A stretch of DNA of 64,000 nt from Promethearchaeota archaeon (GCA_048939995.1 JBHLOY010000002.1:192001-256000); one strand, 5' to 3'; positions 29,856 through 39,595 are shown, counted from the stretch's first letter. Notes: a model not told the origin generated them from the sequence alone. Program-made: numbers and translations.

Positions 29856-31637
29856 ATGTCTTTAGACAATAAAGGTTCAAAGAAAAAAATTCCTAAAAAG
29901 AAAGTTAGAGTAATAAAGAAAAAACCAGTTGCAGTTTTTGGAATAGTTGCTGCTGTGGCCATAGCAGGGATTATTGGTGGAATAACTATCTTTTTATATT
30001 CACCAGAGGAAAAAATTATATATATCTCATTCACAGATTTAGCTGCAGCTCAATCTGGTATTGATCCTCTTATAACCTGGGTTCCAGCTGATTATGAGAT
30101 ACTTAATCAAGTTGCTGAAGGTTTATTTACCCATGATTCAGCTAATCAACAATCCCAAATAATTCATAACCTTGCTATAAATCATTGGAGGAATGATAAT
30201 GCTACAGAATATACCTTTGAACTGAGACAAGGGGTTCAGTTCCATGATGGAACACTATTTAATGCAGCAGTGGTTCAATGGAATATTGATAGAATATACA
30301 CTTTAATTGAAAATGGTAAAATGCACTTTACTTCAAAACAGTTCTGGTTATTTTCCGATGGGACATGGATTATAAACCGTACTGAAATTATTAATAATTA
30401 TAATATAAAGTTTGTATTAAACAAACCTTATATCCCTCTTACTGCATTATTAGCTTCTGTTAATTCATTTATGGTTTCACCTACCTCAACACCTCAAAAC
30501 GATTTTATTCCACTAAACGGAACATTAATCGGAACTGGTCCTTATTTGTATGACGTTTGGAATAAGGATTATAATTTAGTACTCTCTTCCAATCCAAATT
30601 ACTGGGGCGGTAAACCTCAAATTGATAAGTTGATTTTCAAAGATTATGTAACTCCAGAAGATAAATTTGAAGCATTGATTTCTGGAGAACTTTCAATGTT
30701 AAGTGGTTACAATGAAATACACTCTCATGGTCATTATTGGGATTCCCTTGGAATTTATGATAATGATGTCCTGAATACTTTTATGAATGATCCTGATATT
30801 ATAGTAGAAGAAGGTCCTTCAGCGACCTATTTTGAATACTTACTGATGAACAATGAATTAATTAATGCAACTATGAGAAAAGCAATCTCTTACGCTTGTA
30901 ATTATTCAGCTTATATAGATAAGTGGTTAAGCGGTCATGGAATGAGACTTAGATCTCCTATTCCGGAAGGAATTTTATACTCAAACTCAACCGGTATTGA
31001 TGTTCCCTATTATAATATTTCTATAGCGCGACAAACTTTAAAAGAAGTGAATTGGAACGGATTAGCTAGTGCTTTACCTGCTGATGATAACATTTCTGCA
31101 GGTAATGAATGGGAACAATTGATAATTGACGGAACACCTTTAGCTACTTATAATTTTACATACATTAGTGGTATGCTAAATGGTATAGTTTTTTTAAATA
31201 TAACAAAAGAAAATCTTAGACAAATTGGAGTAAAAGTAGAAGCTGTTCCACTTTCTCCTGGAGAATATATACAAATTTTTTGGGAAACACCTCCTTATCA
31301 CTTAAATATGATTGAACTTTCACATATGGGGTATATTACAAGATTTAATGATCCTTGTAGTATTATCAACATTTTATGTTCAAATAAAGCTTTAGATTTA
31401 AATTATTGTCAAATAAATGATACTTTAGTTCAGCAATGGATGGAAGAGGCTCTAGGCGAAACCAATGAGGCTATAAGAGAACAGTTATATTATCAAATTC
31501 AAAAGCGTTTAATTGAAGAGGTTTTCCCGATGTGTTATCTGATTGCAAGAAATTGTTTTAAAATTTATAGATCCAATTTAAAAGACTTTGAGTTTAACCA
31601 TTTTAATCCTGTTTACAAAGATATCTACTTTATTTGA
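29856..31637 (+). CDS. family-5 solute-binding protein; copy 2
   Basis: LRQGVQFHDGT, IGTGPY, NPNYWG, MRKAISYA. Confidence 0.9.
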   Translation: MSLDNKGSKKKIPKKKVRVIKKKPVAVFGIVAAVAIAGIIGGITIFLYSPEEKIIYISFTDLAAAQSGIDPLITWVPADYEILNQVAEGLFTHDSANQQSQIIHNLAINHWRNDNATEYTFELRQGVQFHDGTLFNAAVVQWNIDRIYTLIENGKMHFTSKQFWLFSDGTWIINRTEIINNYNIKFVLNKPYIPLTALLASVNSFMVSPTSTPQNDFIPLNGTLIGTGPYLYDVWNKDYNLVLSSNPNYWGGKPQIDKLIFKDYVTPEDKFEALISGELSMLSGYNEIHSHGHYWDSLGIYDNDVLNTFMNDPDIIVEEGPSATYFEYLLMNNELINATMRKAISYACNYSAYIDKWLSGHGMRLRSPIPEGILYSNSTGIDVPYYNISIARQTLKEVNWNGLASALPADDNISAGNEWEQLIIDGTPLATYNFTYISGMLNGIVFLNITKENLRQIGVKVEAVPLSPGEYIQIFWETPPYHLNMIELSHMGYITRFNDPCSIINILCSNKALDLNYCQINDTLVQQWMEEALGETNEAIREQLYYQIQKRLIEEVFPMCYLIARNCFKIYRSNLKDFEFNHFNPVYKDIYFI

Positions 31638-31684
31638 CATATCCTCTGAATTAAAAGGCTTAGCAAATAAAATAAGAGACTTAT

Positions 31685-32686
31685 TTAATAATTATGGAGT
31701 TCTAGTTCTTCATAAATACCAATTGGAAAATTAAACATCCAATGATAATTATATAATGAGGGATAATCATCAGAAGTTATATGATAAACATCTGTCCCGT
31801 TTACTGCGATCACATTGTATGCAAAACCTATAAGCTCAGCAATTTTTTGATTAATAGCATAATCATCTGGGTGTACATGTAATATAAAGTATGCTCCAAC
31901 CTCAGCGGTATTGTCTCTATAAGTCAATAGATAATTACCCGTAATTATTGTGATATTCCCAGTTACATTAGCATTAGTAGCTTTATTCTGAGAGATTTCA
32001 ATATATACATCACCATCATTAGTATAAAGGGACCAATTGCAATTTTGCGTGTATTCCACATCATAACTTCTTACTTTTATATCCCCTGTGTTTTGAATAA
32101 TTCCAGAAATATTTCCTTCTAGAATACAATAAAAGAAGTCATATTGAATATTACCTTTCATCAAATTGGTTATGATATTTCCAACTGAGACCCCAAGAGG
32201 AATAGTTGCTTTAGAGCTTCCTCTAATATCAACCATAGTATTGATATCATAAAGTACATCAGCTTTAAGTGCTACGATTATATCAACATTTTTTATCAAA
32301 GATAAAATATCACCTTGCTTTATGCCTTTTTTTAACTCCATTGTAAAATTTACAATAGTGCTTGTATTTTGCCAAAGGATATCGAAATAATCTATATGCG
32401 ATTTTCCAACTAAACCTCGACCAATCATTTCAATATTTATATCAATTTTTGCACAATAACTTATTGGATCTGTTATATATTCAATTTCAACTTCTCCTAT
32501 ATCGATATCAATATTCAGTTCATTCAAAAATGAAGGTGAGCTAGAATTGTAATAGAATTGAAGAGATTCATCTATTCTGCCATAAGATGAGAGACTTATT
32601 GAAAAAATAACAATGGGCGTCGAAAAAATGATAATTAAACTGAATATAAGCATTATAATGATAATTCTAATATCCTTCCTTACCAT
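31685..32686 (-). CDS. membrane-anchored DUF4097-like surface protein
   Basis: ELNIDIDIGEVEIEY; close paralog of 26945. Confidence 0.75.
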   Translation of the reverse strand: MVRKDIRIIIIMLIFSLIIIFSTPIVIFSISLSSYGRIDESLQFYYNSSSPSFLNELNIDIDIGEVEIEYITDPISYCAKIDINIEMIGRGLVGKSHIDYFDILWQNTSTIVNFTMELKKGIKQGDILSLIKNVDIIVALKADVLYDINTMVDIRGSSKATIPLGVSVGNIITNLMKGNIQYDFFYCILEGNISGIIQNTGDIKVRSYDVEYTQNCNWSLYTNDGDVYIEISQNKATNANVTGNITIITGNYLLTYRDNTAEVGAYFILHVHPDDYAINQKIAELIGFAYNVIAVNGTDVYHITSDDYPSLYNYHWMFNFPIGIYEELELHNY

Positions 32687-32802
32687 TGTTAAATCTTTCC
32701 AAGAGTAGATAACAAAATTACAAATAATGATATAGGTGAGAATACTATTTAAACCAATCCGTAAAATGCCTTGCTAAAGCGGGTTTTAGTATACTTATAA
32801 TA

Positions 32803-32843
32803 TTCGAACTTTGAGCGAAGTTTAGAAGCTATTTCTAAAAATA
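32803..32843 (+). promoter_or_regulatory. operator copy C plus TCTAAAAATA box
   Basis: ttcgaactttgagcgaagtttagaa-gctatt-tctaaaaata. Confidence 0.8.
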
Positions 32844-33047
32844 GATACCATGTTTAGTTAAACCATTGTCTAAAGTTTTTGTGTGTTACAATGTGTTTCT
32901 TTGTTTTGCTAAAATATTGTAAAAGACCCTACCAATTAATCATTCTTTTTTTTTAGTATTTTTTCTTGAGCATAATTTTTTTATATACATAACCCTTATA
33001 AGCTAATTATTAGAATACTATTATTGTGGTGATTCCACCCAATTCTC

Positions 33048-34049
33048 TTGATTAATTTTGATCTTATTGAACGTTTTTTTTCGTCTATTGCAATAGTAGT
33101 AATAATTTTTTGTTTTATATTTTATTTTTCTCAAGGGCGTAAGAAAGAGGTTCTACATGAAAAAATTTTGATGTATAGTTTTGCAAGTTTTTGGCTCAGT
33201 ATTTCTTTAGCAAGAATATTTTATTATTTTTCTGACATTTTTTTAGAGGGAACTTACTCAGGTGATTTAAGCACACTTATTGAATCATATGATCTCTTAA
33301 ATTATATTATTCTTTACTTTTATCTATATTCTCATATATATATTTTAATAAGTATTATAGCATTAAGTGTTATGTTTATATGGTTTTCAATAAAGTCAAA
33401 AAAAGAATTTCAGCTAGTTTCCTCAGTAGTAGCCATTGGATTTACAATATTTTTAATAGGATGGGTTTTTGAAACGACGGCATTAAAGCAATTAAACCTT
33501 ATACCTCCAGCATTACCATCTATTTTTATAATAGTAGGAACCATAATTGCAACGATACCTCTAATTGTGGATATTGAGTTTTTTTCAAGCAAATTAATTA
33601 ATTGGTTAGTTTTAATTTCAATTGTTTTGATTTTACTTTTTTTTAGTTTAACCATTTTTACGAATCTCCCATTAGTACTTTTAAGTCAGATTATAATCTT
33701 AATTTCAACCTCTGTTTTAATTATGGTGATCATTTTTGTGGCATTTTACATAATCAAGAGAATTAAAGTATCAGAAGTTCAGGAAATAGTTCCAAAGGAG
33801 GAACTTAAAGATTTTATAAAGACTTTTATGAAGCCTGCTACCATTACAATCGAGGAAATTCAATTATATAAAGAGAAAGGATTATGTTTGGTGTGTAAGA
33901 GTAAAGTCACACGATTAAATTATGTCTGTCCCAAATGCTATGCATTATATTGTTTAAAATGCTCAAGAGCATTAACTAATTTAGAAAATAGTTGTTGGGT
34001 CTGTGAAACCCCCTTTGATGAATCTAAACCTATGAAAAAGTCTAAATAG
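33048..34049 (+). CDS. multi-pass membrane protein with C-terminal C8 RING-like zinc finger (candidate E3)
   Basis: About 7 hydrophobic segments; CLVC-x10-CPKC-x4-CLKC-x10-CWVC-ETPF. Confidence 0.72.
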   Translation: MINFDLIERFFSSIAIVVIIFCFIFYFSQGRKKEVLHEKILMYSFASFWLSISLARIFYYFSDIFLEGTYSGDLSTLIESYDLLNYIILYFYLYSHIYILISIIALSVMFIWFSIKSKKEFQLVSSVVAIGFTIFLIGWVFETTALKQLNLIPPALPSIFIIVGTIIATIPLIVDIEFFSSKLINWLVLISIVLILLFFSLTIFTNLPLVLLSQIIILISTSVLIMVIIFVAFYIIKRIKVSEVQEIVPKEELKDFIKTFMKPATITIEEIQLYKEKGLCLVCKSKVTRLNYVCPKCYALYCLKCSRALTNLENSCWVCETPFDESKPMKKSK

Positions 34050-34074
34050 AATAATTAATAGGAAGGTAAAGCTT

Positions 34075-34284
34075 ATGATTGAATTATTAATATTGCTGCT
34101 TCTAATATTTTTAGCAATCCCTTATATTATATTGTCTTTTATAACATTCTGGGTATATAAAGATGCAAAAAAAAGAGATATGAATGTATTTGCTTGGATT
34201 TTGGTAATTTGGTTAATACCATTCTTTATTGGGTTGGTCATTTATTTAAAGATTAGAATACAATATTCTGTCACGAGATTATAA
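34075..34284 (+). CDS. small PLDc_N-like 2-TM membrane protein
   Basis: WVYKDAKKR....W......P..G...YL pattern. Confidence 0.75.
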   Translation: MIELLILLLLIFLAIPYIILSFITFWVYKDAKKRDMNVFAWILVIWLIPFFIGLVIYLKIRIQYSVTRL

Positions 34285-34303
34285 TATTTTCATAATTTCT
34301 AAT

Positions 34304-34450
34304 TTACTTACATTCTTTGGAATCTTGTTCAATAAAAAATTTTAAGACTTTATCATTTGGAGGGCGATGTTCTGGAATTTTTTTTGCTTCAATTTTCAAA
34401 AATCTTAACTCTTCACTATTGTAATTATGGGTTTTGCTTTTTTTAGTCAC
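34304..34450 (-). CDS. possible small protein (48 aa)
   Basis: Hand translation from GTG: MTKKSKTHNYNSEELRFLKIEAKKIPEHRPPNDKVLKFFIEQDSKECK*. Confidence 0.35.
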   Translation of the reverse strand: MTKKSKTHNYNSEELRFLKIEAKKIPEHRPPNDKVLKFFIEQDSKECK

Positions 34451-34549
34451 CTGATTTCACTCAAAATTTCCGTTAAATTATACTTATATTAATTAATGTT
34501 AATAACTATAATAAAATTAATTACATTTATGTAAGCAATATTAATTTCG

Positions 34550-35566
34550 ATGTTAAAGCCTCCTCAAATCTTATTTACCGGAGAAAATGGTGTTGGTAAA
34601 ACAACTATCTTGAATTTATTTCCAGAAGATATTATTTTAGAATTAGACGATAACTTTAATGAAATTTTTCAAAAGCAAGTTAATATTACTGGATTCAAAG
34701 GTATAGAACATTGTATTTTAAGAGAAATTGATTTAAGAGAATTAGTAGACAATTTTTTTTCTTTTCAAAAACTACTACAGGCTCTTGATATCATTCTCAT
34801 TGTAACTGATTCAACTGAACGAAATATTAAATATACTTATAATTTATTTTCTGAATTGAAATATAAATTACCTAAAATTGATTTTTATATAATTGCTAAT
34901 TTTCAAGACAGAAAGTCAATTTCAATGCCCATAGAAAAAATTGAATCTATATTAAAAGAGAAGGTTTTTGGATATTCGGCCATCCAAGAGGATTCAAAAG
35001 ATTCTATGACTGAAATTATTAAAGAGATTTTAGAAATTTCAATTATTAAAAAACAAGGAAAAAAGCTTTCATTTGATAAAATTGATTACAATACAATTTG
35101 GTCAGACATCGAAGAAGCAAGATTGTTGGAAAAGAAAGGAGACCATTATGCGGCATCAAAAAAATTCTCAATTGCTGGATCTAAATTTAAAATACTAAAT
35201 TCAAATGAGGAAAAAGAAGAATTTAAAGCGTTATACAATTTATGTAAGGCTTGGGAGTGTATAGAATTAGCTGAAGAATATGAGGATGTTTCGAAGTTTG
35301 CTGAAGCTGTGAAATTTTTTGATCAAGCAATTGAATCTCTATATGATGAGAAATTAAAATTTTTAGTATCCGCTAATTTAGCACATTGTGAAGCTTTAAA
35401 ATTAGGAATGGAGTCAGATACATCAGATCAACTACATATTAAAGAAAAATTATATTTAGAAATAATCGATTTAATTAACAAAGCAGTTAATTTATATAAA
35501 AGAGGAGGTTTTGAAAAAGAAGCGGAATTTGCTTTAACTACCTTGAATAAATTAAAGAGCCTTTAA
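34550..35566 (+). CDS. degenerate Ras/Arf-like small GTPase fused to TPR-like helical domain
   Basis: GENGVGKTT P-loop, VTDST, ANFQD (G4-like), YSA (G5-like); no DxxG; C-terminal helical repeats. Confidence 0.75.
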   Translation: MLKPPQILFTGENGVGKTTILNLFPEDIILELDDNFNEIFQKQVNITGFKGIEHCILREIDLRELVDNFFSFQKLLQALDIILIVTDSTERNIKYTYNLFSELKYKLPKIDFYIIANFQDRKSISMPIEKIESILKEKVFGYSAIQEDSKDSMTEIIKEILEISIIKKQGKKLSFDKIDYNTIWSDIEEARLLEKKGDHYAASKKFSIAGSKFKILNSNEEKEEFKALYNLCKAWECIELAEEYEDVSKFAEAVKFFDQAIESLYDEKLKFLVSANLAHCEALKLGMESDTSDQLHIKEKLYLEIIDLINKAVNLYKRGGFEKEAEFALTTLNKLKSL

Positions 35567-35619
35567 TTGAGTAAATTTAAAATTTTAGTAAAATATCTTA
35601 AAACATTACAGGAATCAAA

Positions 35620-36114
35620 TTGACGTTATTCGAAAAAGATTTTCTATTTCCAGTATACATCGATAAAAATACTTTAAATCATATTGATGAATTATGCAAA
35701 AATTCTGATAGAGAACTTTTTGGCTATTTAATTGGTTTAATTTTAAAATGGAAAAAGAATAAATATATTATTATAAAAGAACAGATTTATATTAAAAATA
35801 CAGTTAGAAGTAATAAATTTAACACATCCCAAATTGAAGGAACTGCTGGAAAATACGAACAGGAATTTCAAAAGTTGAAACATAGTATGAGGAACGAGAA
35901 TTTACGAGTTGTAGGATGGTGGCATTCCCATATCAATTTAGGGTGCTTCTTATCCTTAACTGATATTCATACACAAGAATATTTTTTTCCTGAACCTTAC
36001 CAAGTTGCATTAGTAGTTGATCCTATTCGAGAGGAATACAAATTTTTTACATTAGATGCAGGCTCAAAAAAGAAATACAAAACGCTAAGTTATGCTATTA
36101 TATCTTCAACTTAA
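35620..36114 (+). CDS. JAB1/MPN/Mov34 (Rpn11-like) metalloisopeptidase
   Basis: ELFGYLIG, VVGWWHSH...FLSLTD, VALVVDP JAMM motif. Confidence 0.92.
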   Translation: MTLFEKDFLFPVYIDKNTLNHIDELCKNSDRELFGYLIGLILKWKKNKYIIIKEQIYIKNTVRSNKFNTSQIEGTAGKYEQEFQKLKHSMRNENLRVVGWWHSHINLGCFLSLTDIHTQEYFFPEPYQVALVVDPIREEYKFFTLDAGSKKKYKTLSYAIISST

Positions 36115-36131
36115 CAATTTAGTTTATATCT

Positions 36132-37013
36132 ATGCGTAAGAAAGAAAATCAAGGAATTAAAGTGATTGGAACGGATTCCATAGATTCAGATAGATTCGAT
36201 CGCCAAAAGAGAATTATTGGTTGGGATCAAACTATTATTTCTAATGCGACAATTATGGTAATTGGTGCTGGAGCTACTGGAAATGAAGTTATAAAAAATT
36301 TAGCTTTAGTCGGAGTTGGAAAGATATTTTTAATTGATTATGATTTCATTGAAACTTCAAATTTAAGTCGTTGTGTGTTGTTTAACCCTAAAGTAGCAAA
36401 GGATAAAGAATACAAAGCAGATGTTATTAAAGATGTGTGTAGAGACTTAAATCCTGATGTCGAAGTTGTTTCAATTAAAAAAGACTTAAATTCAATAGAT
36501 AAAACTCTTTATAGCAAGTGTGATGTAATATGTTCTTGCTTAGATAATCTTGAAGCACGGATAGAAGCTAACAATTATGCATATTATAATCGAATTGCTT
36601 TTGTTGATTCTGGGATCGACGAATTTTTTGGTTCAGTTCAAGCAGTATATTCAGAAGTTGAAAATTCAGCTTGTTTGCAATGCGGTATATCAGAAAAGGA
36701 TTTGGATTTAATGTGGAAAAAATTTTCTTGCACTGGAGAGGAATTAAGGTCTGAAGAAGGTGAAACCACAAATAAAATAGCAACAATCATTACGACTACT
36801 TCAATAATAAGCGGTATTCAATCTCAGCAGGTTTTAAAATTTTTACTTGGAATTAAATATTATAAGGAAGATAAAAAATGGAATCCTTATATTGGAGCAC
36901 CATTGGTTGGTAAGCAATTAATTTATAATGGCCTAACAAACAGTTTCAACATTATTGATAAAATAAAAGATCCAAATTGTTGGACTTGCTCATACAAAAA
37001 ATCTAAGATTTAA
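36132..37013 (+). CDS. ubiquitin-like activating enzyme E1 (ThiF/UBA family)
   Basis: RFDRQ, GAGATG, DYDFIETSNLSR, CLDN..AR, CLQC, FSC (catalytic Cys), CWTC. Confidence 0.93.
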   Translation: MRKKENQGIKVIGTDSIDSDRFDRQKRIIGWDQTIISNATIMVIGAGATGNEVIKNLALVGVGKIFLIDYDFIETSNLSRCVLFNPKVAKDKEYKADVIKDVCRDLNPDVEVVSIKKDLNSIDKTLYSKCDVICSCLDNLEARIEANNYAYYNRIAFVDSGIDEFFGSVQAVYSEVENSACLQCGISEKDLDLMWKKFSCTGEELRSEEGETTNKIATIITTTSIISGIQSQQVLKFLLGIKYYKEDKKWNPYIGAPLVGKQLIYNGLTNSFNIIDKIKDPNCWTCSYKKSKI

Positions 37014-37030
37014 ATTAGGAGGAAATATGG

Positions 37031-37558
37031 ATGCCAGAATTACCCTTTGAGATATGGAAAGAAAGAGTAAATAATGAGATAAAGATCCTAAGAAATATTA
37101 GCCTCATTGAAAATAAATCTATAGCATGGCATGATAATAGTGTAGAATTATGGATTAATTTAAGTGCCTTTGGATTCGTTAAAAGAGAAATTGAAGGAGT
37201 TATCAATGTAAAACCTCAGATGAATCACCGAATTCTCATTAAAATAAATAGATCCTTTCCATATCCAGGAGGGATTGATTTTGCTTGGTATTCAGAAATA
37301 TTTCACCCAAATATCCATCCCATTGAATTAAAAGGATTGAAAACTATAGGCACAGGTTATATTTGTTTAAATATTTTAAGACAATGGACAAAATTATCAG
37401 ATTTGGAAACTACAGTTAAATCCCTTGAAAAATTAGTAGAGAATCCCAATCCAGAGGATCCTCTTCAATATGATATTTGTATTGAAGCTGCTGAATTCTT
37501 TAAAAGAAATTCAATTCAAGAACTTAAAAAGATTTATAAAAAAGAAAATTATATTTAA
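37031..37558 (+). CDS. ubiquitin-conjugating enzyme E2
   Basis: FPY..., IFHPNI, GYICLNIL..W, L..L...PNP.DPL. Confidence 0.92.
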   Translation: MPELPFEIWKERVNNEIKILRNISLIENKSIAWHDNSVELWINLSAFGFVKREIEGVINVKPQMNHRILIKINRSFPYPGGIDFAWYSEIFHPNIHPIELKGLKTIGTGYICLNILRQWTKLSDLETTVKSLEKLVENPNPEDPLQYDICIEAAEFFKRNSIQELKKIYKKENYI

Positions 37559-37824
37559 GAATTAAAAAACAAACCTCCAATAACTTTTGTCCATAACATC
37601 AAAATATCATATTCTTTTAACCCAAATTTATGAATTGCCTCCCTAATTGATATTGCATTCGGTAATTCCTTTTCCTTATACACTAAAGCATAAGAACGTT
37701 GTTCTGAACTTATAAAACCCATATGTTTAACAACAATTTCTATAATACGCTCTATTATATGATGTTCCTTTACATCTAACTTTATTCTTTTGCCTGTTCT
37801 GGTATCTTCTATTGATAATTTCAT
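37555..37824 (-). CDS. ubiquitin-like protein with GG and 5-residue C-terminal propeptide
   Basis: beta-grasp pattern, GLKEYDIL.L, ends TKVIGG-LFFNS; convergent with E2. Confidence 0.85.
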   Translation of the reverse strand: MKLSIEDTRTGKRIKLDVKEHHIIERIIEIVVKHMGFISSEQRSYALVYKEKELPNAISIREAIHKFGLKEYDILMLWTKVIGGLFFNS

Positions 37825-37875
37825 TTTTTTTTTTTAATTTTTCTTTTAAAGACAAATAAATTTATTCAACTAATC

Positions 37876-37915
37876 ATTTTTAGATTTGAGTTCGAAACTT
37901 TTCACAAAGTTCGAA
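37876..37915 (-). promoter_or_regulatory. operator copy D plus TCTAAAAAT box upstream of the Ubl gene
   Basis: Minus strand reads ttcgaactttgtgaaaagtttcgaa-ctcaaa-tctaaaaat, ending 52 nt before the Ubl ATG. Confidence 0.82.
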
Positions 37916-37922
37916 TTAGAGA

Positions 37923-39218
37923 TTATTCTTGTTCTTTCAACTTTTTATTAATTTCATCCAATATTTTATATTTTGGAAAATCTTTTAAAATTGAGGTTAA
38001 AATGGTTTTTTCTCTTTTTATTCTGTTATAATCCTCTAATTTTAGGTTAATTATATTTTGGAAAGCTAAACCCTTAAACTTGTCTACTAAATCATCTGAA
38101 ATTGTCTCTTTTTGATATTTCCCGAATAAGAAATTGATGTAATCTGGTACAAATTTCTTTAGAGGTGATTTTATATTTCTATCAAAGAGTTTATCAGAAA
38201 TATCATTTAAAATATTGTCTAATAAATCTACGGTTTGTGAATTTCTTTCTTCTTTAGAAATATCAGGTTGTAATCTTTTGAGATAACTAAACTTTAGAAT
38301 GTTCTCATCTATAATTAAATGCAACATTTTATCAATTTTGTCATCCTCTCGAAAATAATATACCACTTCATCATTAAGTCTTAAATTGAAAAATTTTGTA
38401 TCATATAAATCCTCTTCAGTAATCTTTTGCGTACAAAAAGTAAGTGTAGCTAGTTTAATATTATATTTAAGAGAAAAATTTTCTTGTGAAATATATTCTG
38501 GATATCGACTTGGATGATTTATAGAAAGAAATAATAATATTTTATAAAAATCTTCTTTTGATGGGAGTATATTCTCAATGAAGCTATAATTCAAATGATT
38601 GATTAAATCTAGAAATAAAATTTCAATTTGGCTATCTTCAACATTCTGCTCTTTAAGAAACCTTCTGACGTTTTCTTTGATACTTTCTATTTTATCTATT
38701 TCTTCTTCTAAAACTGATTGATAATCTAATTGGTATCTTTTCAGCATTTTATTATATCGTTCCTCACCTATTCTAGTGATTCTGTATTCCATGTTTTCAC
38801 TATCAACAAAACCTTTTTTCATTAAAAGATTTAAATATTTTGATAGAGAATTATGATTGAGAGAAAGAGGTTTTTCAATAAAATCTGACCACTTTAAATA
38901 GTCGTTATTAAATAACATCCACAAGATGATATGAGCATAATTTCTCTTGTTTAAAATGATCTCTGGAGGATATCTTAATTTTCTCTCAAATGAATCTTTA
39001 AATTTTAAATCTATATATCTTTTTTTACCTTCAGCAGTAGCTAGATAAACTCCTTTACTCTTTTTCTCAACATATCCGTTTGAAATTAATAATTTCATGT
39101 ATTTAGACAATGTAGCTAAGCTGATTTCTAACGGCTCATCTAAAAAGACAGACCAATTACATTCCTCATTATTATTAAGCATCCAGAGGATTATATATTC
39201 AAAATCTTTCTTCTCCAT
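37923..39218 (-). CDS. tandem winged-helix DNA-binding protein (candidate regulator)
   Basis: Two repeats of IILWML.NN...WS.F...PL.....LSKY...L...G.V......Y..T..G. Confidence 0.8.
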   Translation of the reverse strand: MEKKDFEYIILWMLNNNEECNWSVFLDEPLEISLATLSKYMKLLISNGYVEKKSKGVYLATAEGKKRYIDLKFKDSFERKLRYPPEIILNKRNYAHIILWMLFNNDYLKWSDFIEKPLSLNHNSLSKYLNLLMKKGFVDSENMEYRITRIGEERYNKMLKRYQLDYQSVLEEEIDKIESIKENVRRFLKEQNVEDSQIEILFLDLINHLNYSFIENILPSKEDFYKILLFLSINHPSRYPEYISQENFSLKYNIKLATLTFCTQKITEEDLYDTKFFNLRLNDEVVYYFREDDKIDKMLHLIIDENILKFSYLKRLQPDISKEERNSQTVDLLDNILNDISDKLFDRNIKSPLKKFVPDYINFLFGKYQKETISDDLVDKFKGLAFQNIINLKLEDYNRIKREKTILTSILKDFPKYKILDEINKKLKEQE

Positions 39219-39427
39219 GCCTGATGGGTTAATTAAATCTTCTGGAGGATAATTGATTTTTTTAGCACAGATTTTATTTATACACCTATTATTATTTCTT
39301 TATTTTAATTTTCAATTAAATTTTGAGTAATCTCGCTTATATATAAGATATAACAAATATGTTTAAAAAATTTCATTTAAAAATAAAAATCCTCATATTC
39401 AATATTTTTTATTTAAATAACTCAAAC

Positions 39428-39452
39428 TTCGGATTATATGCAAAATTCCGAA
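39428..39452. promoter_or_regulatory. operator variant, copy E'
   Basis: ttcgga-N13-tccgaa, same 25-bp length, between the regulator and 39596. Confidence 0.55.
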
Positions 39453-39481
39453 CTGTTTCTTGGAATAATAAGTGGAAGATA

Positions 39482-39522
39482 TTCTAAGTTCGCTAAAGGT
39501 TTCGAACTTAAATCTAAAAATA
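39482..39522 (+). promoter_or_regulatory. operator copy E plus TCTAAAAATA box
   Basis: ttctaagttcgctaaaggtttcgaa-cttaaa-tctaaaaata. Confidence 0.72.
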
Positions 39523-39595
39523 AAGATTAAGCATAATAACCAATTGACACAAATTTGCCAAAAAAGAAAAAGAAAAAAAAAAAAGATGAAAAAAA

